Assembly (NCBI GenBank): GCA_903827975.1
Contig: CAIKKG010000031.1
Coordinates: 3,717 to 67,716 of the forward strand
Direction: 5' to 3'
From: an uncultured bacterium
GTDB taxonomy: Bacteria > Patescibacteriota > Minisyncoccia > UBA6257 > GWB1-50-10
Length of the DNA: 64,000 bases
Shown: positions 59,653 to 64,000 of the stretch, one piece after another
Position numbering within the stretch: position 1 is the stretch's first letter
Layout: every line of letters starts with the position of its first letter
The notes under the pieces: generated by a model
What the model was told of the DNA's origin: nothing
Database searches by the model: none
The model's input: only the letters and a program-made list of their open reading frames with translations
Made by a program: the position numbers and the translations under genes

Positions 59653-59684
59653 ATACTCCACTACAGTTAACTGTAGTGGAGTAT
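59653..59684. repeat. Perfect 32-bp palindrome ATACTCCACTACAGTT|AACTGTAGTGGAGTAT, downstream of the TrpR-like gene
   Basis: Exact reverse-complement symmetry; shares a 20-bp core with the palindrome at 60339-60378. Confidence 0.8.
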
Positions 59685-59827
59685 TTTAGAAATACTGGCT
59701 AATAAAAAGAAGGTGACTGTTTTTATATGCTGGGTGCAATCTACTAGTGCATTTTGCGCATAACAAACTATGGATACATCACTTAGTAAGGACTATTAAA
59801 TAAATATAAAAAGGTTTCCACCACACC

Positions 59828-60181
59828 CTAAAGTCTATGCTTGCCCTTATACCGCGGTGATCGTTTTCTAAACTCTCGTTCATATGGTGTTAATTGCTTA
59901 TGAACAGGAGCTGCTTTTATAAAATTATGTTTTACAAAACTAATAGTTACTGGGCTTACATCCAATATATCGCCAATAGCTTTATAGCTCAGCTTTTGTT
60001 TAATCAAAATCTTAATTGAGAGTCTTTTTTCAAGCATTATTATTTCGCTCTGTGTAAAGTATTTTTTCAAATTCGAGATAAAAACTTCTTGCGAGTCTGA
60101 ATTTTTCACCTCACTTAAAAAAGTGTTCCAGGCGTCTGTCTGTATTTTTTTATCTAGATATTTTTTACTTATATTTACCAT
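59828..60181 (-). CDS. TrpR/YerC-YecD-like small HTH DNA-binding protein
   Basis: 'LEKRLSIKILIKQKLSYKAIGDILDVSPVTISFVK' matches the TrpR-like YerC/YecD HTH. Confidence 0.55.
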   Translation of the reverse strand: MVNISKKYLDKKIQTDAWNTFLSEVKNSDSQEVFISNLKKYFTQSEIIMLEKRLSIKILIKQKLSYKAIGDILDVSPVTISFVKHNFIKAAPVHKQLTPYEREFRKRSPRYKGKHRL

Positions 60182-60187
60182 ATTATC

Positions 60188-60266
60188 GATTACTAAAATT
60201 TACCATTGTATTACTTAAATATCATTACAAGTTTATTACTTACTAAAATTTACCCTTGTATTGCTT
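60188..60266. repeat. Two 28-bp direct repeats (TTACTAAAATTTACCMTTGTATTRCTTA) in the promoter region of the TrpR-like gene
   Basis: Copies at 60188-60215 and 60239-60266 (2 mismatches). Confidence 0.7.
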
Positions 60267-60338
60267 ACACACTCTTACGGTTGCATCACCTACTCATACC
60301 TACAACTTCATTTTTATGTGTAAGGAGTAACTTAATTA

Positions 60339-60378
60339 TACCAGATGGCACTACAGTTAACTGTAGTGCCATCTGGTA
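60339..60378. repeat. Perfect 40-bp palindrome TACCAGATGGCACTACAGTT|AACTGTAGTGCCATCTGGTA, upstream of the TrpR-like gene
   Basis: Exact symmetry; core CACTACAGTTAACTGTAGTG is identical to the 59653-59684 palindrome; the outer arms differ but remain self-complementary. Confidence 0.8.
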
Positions 60379-60415
60379 TACACCAATACTTGTGTTTTGG
60401 TTGTTGCTTATTAGT

Positions 60416-60690
60416 TGTGATTATATATATTCAGTAGTTATGAATTAGTGGTTGTTAGTTATTAATTGTGAGTTAAGAGTTATTGATTATTAGCTGTGAG
60501 TTAAGAGTTATTAATTGCGAGTTAAAGATCATTGATTGTTAGTTGCGAGCTAATGGTTATTGGTTGTGATTATATATATTCAGTAGTTATGAATTACTGG
60601 TTGCTAGTTATTAGTTGTGAGTTAAAGGTTAAAGGTTGTTAGTTGTGGGTTGTTAGTTGTGGGTTGTTAGTTCAATGTTGCTGCTTAAAA
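60416..60690. repeat. AT-rich minisatellite. ~45-bp direct repeat (GTGATTATATATATTCAGTAGTTATGAATTA..) at 60416 and 60569, plus GTTGTTAGTTGTGGG and GTTATTAATTGTGAGTTAAGA subrepeats
   Basis: Direct inspection of the non-coding region between the TrpR-like gene and the giant surface-protein gene. Confidence 0.65.
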
Positions 60691-60725
60691 AATAATCCCC
60701 GCTTTTGCGGGGAGTATTTTTTTAC
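60690..60725. terminator. Bidirectional terminator at the 3' end of the giant surface-protein gene
   Basis: CCCCGC-tttt-GCGGGG flanked by A- and T-runs. Confidence 0.7.
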
Positions 60726-63700
60726 TTTATCAACTTGTCCAGATTGAATCCTTCTGTTGTGTCGGTATCTGCGCGACGATTGCCAAATGAATCATGGTCG
60801 AATCGTGGAGCGGTAAGACGATAAGAGATTTCTAGTGTTTTACTAGCACTCTTTGTGTCCTGCTTTGCATAAACAATAATCTTTCCATCCTTCTTCTCGT
60901 ACCAGGTGCGTCCGTCGAAGTTCGGCGAGACTAGAACAGTTACATTATCCAATCCCTCGTTTGCTAGATTTGTTGTTTTTGCGAATAGCCACAAATCAGA
61001 TGCCTCTGGTGAATTTTTCAAATCAAGTACCGCGGAACATTTATCGCCCAAGACCTGACATTTAACATTACCGGTCGCCTCTTCTTTTACACCAGACATA
61101 CTAGGCACATAAGTTGCATACTTCTTTCCATCAATTGTGTACGGTGGGTCAACGGTTCCGACATCAATCTTTCCTGCGCCACCTCCGACAGTGATAGTTC
61201 CTGCTGTCTGGAGAATGTTAATACGAGAAGTATTGTTAAAGTCCATGTAATATGCGGCATCATTCCAGTCAAACATATACTGAGGACGCACATCTACGAT
61301 ATATGCCTGATCAACATAATAAAGTTGGTTTAAGCGGCTTGAGCCAGCAGGATCAAGATAGAAAGCAGTGTTATCCTTGTCATAATATAAAGGCGCCTGC
61401 ATATTATCTCTCGCGCGGATACTTCCTGAAATTGCGGCTAGGAAGGTTCCGTTTTCCATTACGAGTAAACCATGTGAGTTTAAGTTAGACGCAACACCAC
61501 CAGCATTCGGATGAGACCACGCAAGTCCATAAAGACTTCCTGTTGTTGAGCCATCTGCTGGAAGCATGTATGAACTATCCATTGCAAACACAGCCTGATA
61601 TCTGGTTGATGTATATGTTCCAACTACACCAATTCCATAATTATTAAACTTCAAATTTCCAGACATTGTGTCGCCAGATTTCAAAACGTAATTCGATAAA
61701 GATCCAGTTGCATATCCGCAGTTATTAGAGTTATCACACACCGTACGCCAACCCTGCCAGCCGGAATTATATCTTCTAAAATAAAGTTGATCATCCCACA
61801 TATTCTGCACAATTTGGAACCCATACGCCTGATCACCTGGATGAGAGCCAACAGAAATACCATTTGAATAACAGGCGCCACTTCCGTTATTTGCACAACC
61901 AGTATTCCACGAATAAAAAGGTCTTAGTCCTGTACCAGGATGAGAATTGTCAGGGTTTGAAGAATATCCATTTACCTTATCAGCTGTGCTAGAGTTACCG
62001 GCAGAATTTGCGTAGCCCACGCTCAATGAAGTGCGAGCCGCTAGATATGAACTTCCATTTGAATCAGCACCCCAAAGATATGTTGGACTATTACTTGCAT
62101 TTGACCATGCGAAATGCTGACTATCTACGGTGTCGGCATTGCCAGCGCTATCGGCATATGGACGATATGTGTCTGAATATATTCTGTACCAAGAATTCCA
62201 GGTATTATTATCACCATTTTTTGTTCTATACGAAAAGCCAGTTCCACCGCCATAATTTGCATTAAGCTCAAGGTCATAATTGCTAGAATTAAATCTAACC
62301 ACTGGACCAGTCCAAGGAGCTCCAACTGAATATGTAAATCCAGACCTGTTTGCCCCCATCCAGTTTGCATCAAGCGTGAATCCTTCATACTGAAAGAAAC
62401 TTGAAGCGTGCATACTATCAACAGTATCCGCATTCGATACCGTACCGCTTAATGTTCCTGAAACAGTAAGATTGTTTAAGCGTGATGTTCCATTTGGATC
62501 TAAATAATAGGCGGTATCCTGTCTATCATAAAGAATGTTTGGCCTAATATCATTTAAATAGGAAACGCTATTTGGATCTACATAATAACTAGTATCTGCA
62601 GCATCATAAATTACGCCTGGCACTAGGATACCATTTGCAGCATTTCCAAGAGTTAGCTGGCCCGCATCTTTCTGAATGTAGAGCATGTTACAGCATCCTC
62701 CAGCATATGTAGCACGAGCAGCCCACTGATTATCAATATATGACTGAATTGAATTCGTGTTATCTCCGTTTATCTGCCCAATCACAATTCCATCTACGTT
62801 ATTAAGTGGGGTAGAAACATCTAGCGTTCCCCTTGGCACGTTCGTACCAATACCGACATTGCCACTATTATCAATAACCATCTTCTGGTTGAATGTTGTT
62901 CCGTTATAAGTTCCAAAGGTAATCTTACCCATTCCGCCATAGTTCGATGTGTAAATGGACATTTCATAAGGACCACCTCCCATGTCAGTTCCTAATCCCA
63001 TATATGCATTCGCATCTGCATCAAGACCAAAAAGCTGGAGACGTGGAGATCCCGCATAACCGCCACCAATCATCATTGCTGGAGCATTACTTAATTTTTG
63101 AACCTGGAATTTATAAGTAGGTGCTGTCGTGCCAATACCAACATTGCCATCTGTTCCAAACCAAGCACTGAATGTACCGCAACTTGCTGTTGCACAAATC
63201 TTTGTTGGTCCGGGGCGACGATAATTAATTTCCAAAGTATCGCCAGAAACACCTGAATTAATTGTATCCGCATATACGTCCCTCCCCACGAAGCCGTACG
63301 CATTATCAGAAACGTAATAATAATTAGGTGCATATATGTTTCCATTCGTCTCAATATTCGTTTGATTTGAGCTACCAAAGTATGCACCGCCGTAATGATA
63401 TACTCTGTACCAATTTTCGATTGAACTGTTAAGATTGATTCTCATATTTTCATTTCCGGCCACTGAGCGGAAATGAAATGCGGAGTTGTTATCAAAATAC
63501 ATACCACCAGCATCTGCTCTAAGATGCATATTACCTCCATCATATGGCCTGAACCAGTTACCAGCAGCAGCAGTTGAATACATATAACCAGTCGTCGACA
63601 TCGCGATATTAGAATTACCACCCATTGTAAGAGAGCCGGTCATCGTGTCGCCCGCTTTCAATACATAATTTGAACCAACTGCATATCCGCAGTTATTTCC

Positions 63701-64000
63701 TGAGTCACATACTGTGTATGTTCCACGTTGATACATTGTTCCAGATGCTTGGACATCTCCAGCTACGGTGAGCTTATATCCAGGTGCCGTTGTACCAATG
63801 CCGACATTTCCGGCTGGGGTAATACGTACCTTTTCTGTGCTATCTGTATAAAATTGCAATGTTCCATCGGCTGATGAGCCCATTCCACCATCAGTATCTC
63901 CAGGGCCTGAGAAAATAAAACCTCCGGCCTGTCCGCCTGGTGAACCAGCGCTTGCACGGAAATATGTTGCCTGCGCAACATTGAAGTTCGAAGTGCCATT
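60722..64000 (-). CDS. Giant Gly/Asn/Tyr/Ser/Thr-rich secreted surface protein with repeated 'GNVGIGTxxP' tail-fibre-like motifs; 5' end lies beyond the window
   Basis: The frame stays open from 63884 to 64000 with the same composition, so the M at 63883 is internal; motifs 'GNVGIGTTAPGYKL', 'GNVGIGTTAPTYKF', 'GNVGIGTNVPRGTL'. Confidence 0.6.
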   Translation of the reverse strand, partial: NGTSNFNVAQATYFRASAGSPGGQAGGFIFSGPGDTDGGMGSSADGTLQFYTDSTEKVRITPAGNVGIGTTAPGYKLTVAGDVQASGTMYQRGTYTVCDSGNNCGYAVGSNYVLKAGDTMTGSLTMGGNSNIAMSTTGYMYSTAAAGNWFRPYDGGNMHLRADAGGMYFDNNSAFHFRSVAGNENMRINLNSSIENWYRVYHYGGAYFGSSNQTNIETNGNIYAPNYYYVSDNAYGFVGRDVYADTINSGVSGDTLEINYRRPGPTKICATASCGTFSAWFGTDGNVGIGTTAPTYKFQVQKLSNAPAMMIGGGYAGSPRLQLFGLDADANAYMGLGTDMGGGPYEMSIYTSNYGGMGKITFGTYNGTTFNQKMVIDNSGNVGIGTNVPRGTLDVSTPLNNVDGIVIGQINGDNTNSIQSYIDNQWAARATYAGGCCNMLYIQKDAGQLTLGNAANGILVPGVIYDAADTSYYVDPNSVSYLNDIRPNILYDRQDTAYYLDPNGTSRLNNLTVSGTLSGTVSNADTVDSMHASSFFQYEGFTLDANWMGANRSGFTYSVGAPWTGPVVRFNSSNYDLELNANYGGGTGFSYRTKNGDNNTWNSWYRIYSDTYRPYADSAGNADTVDSQHFAWSNASNSPTYLWGADSNGSSYLAARTSLSVGYANSAGNSSTADKVNGYSSNPDNSHPGTGLRPFYSWNTGCANNGSGACYSNGISVGSHPGDQAYGFQIVQNMWDDQLYFRRYNSGWQGWRTVCDNSNNCGYATGSLSNYVLKSGDTMSGNLKFNNYGIGVVGTYTSTRYQAVFAMDSSYMLPADGSTTGSLYGLAWSHPNAGGVASNLNSHGLLVMENGTFLAAISGSIRARDNMQAPLYYDKDNTAFYLDPAGSSRLNQLYYVDQAYIVDVRPQYMFDWNDAAYYMDFNNTSRINILQTAGTITVGGGAGKIDVGTVDPPYTIDGKKYATYVPSMSGVKEEATGNVKCQVLGDKCSAVLDLKNSPEASDLWLFAKTTNLANEGLDNVTVLVSPNFDGRTWYEKKDGKIIVYAKQDTKSASKTLEISYRLTAPRFDHDSFGNRRADTDTTEGFNLDKLIK

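Noticed and set aside
59410-59670. 86-aa ORF (MQDFKRLATTRKDVQ...)
   Set aside because: It is a translation of the 11-bp-phased tandem repeat (a repetitive KDTQRLA peptide) with no SD.
60206-60448. 80-aa ORF on the + strand
   Set aside because: It overlaps the 28-bp direct repeats and the 40-bp palindrome in a non-coding AT-rich region; composition is not coding-like.
59230-60690. Possible CRISPR array
   Set aside because: The repeats are degenerate, contiguous or nested, and lack the regular repeat-unique spacer alternation of CRISPR. No cas genes are nearby.
63763-63999. 78-aa ORF in an alternative minus-strand frame
   Set aside because: The giant surface-protein frame stays open to the window edge with consistent composition, so this overlapping frame is spurious.

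Overview
This is an AT-rich (~35% GC), tightly packed bacterial chromosome fragment. Its gene content and short proteins suggest a reduced Candidate Phyla Radiation / Patescibacteria-type genome. This attribution is inferred from the small UvrA, UvrC, RecQ and RpoA, the pilus, LemA/TPM, lamin-tail-domain and giant surface proteins, and the many secreted hypotheticals.

Recognisable housekeeping genes:
- Aminoacylation and translation: metG (5' partial), the infA-rpmJ-rpsM-rpsK-rpsD-rpoA-rplQ cluster plus rplM-rpsI, prfB, tgt, tRNA-Thr(CGT), tRNA-Ser(GGA), rnpB and obg.
- Cell envelope and division: ftsE-ftsX, secD-secF, an M23 peptidase, a 3D-domain protein and a patatin-like lipase.
- DNA repair and nucleotide metabolism: recQ, uvrA, uvrB, uvrC, nfo, tatD, rnhA and tdk.
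- Metabolism and ion transport: mgtA-like P-type ATPase, metK with an upstream SAM-I riboswitch, ppsA, a 2-hydroxyacid dehydrogenase and a glycerate kinase.
- Redox: a thioredoxin-like protein and a CcdA-like membrane protein.

The most unusual signals are two compositionally foreign, ~60% GC single-gene cassettes with their own expression signals:
- one sits between mgtA and obg (~6190-6600);
- one sits between uvrB and uvrA (~45931-46971). Its coding junction carries a contiguous KpnI-PstI-EcoRI site cluster, and it has a textbook sigma70 promoter and SD.

Other notable features:
- a repeat-dense non-coding locus (59200-60720) containing a TrpR/YerC-like gene flanked by two perfect palindromes that share a 20-bp core;
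- a release factor 2 lacking domain 1, whose ATG overlaps the tRNA-Thr 3' end by one nucleotide;
- an rpoA lacking the alpha C-terminal domain.
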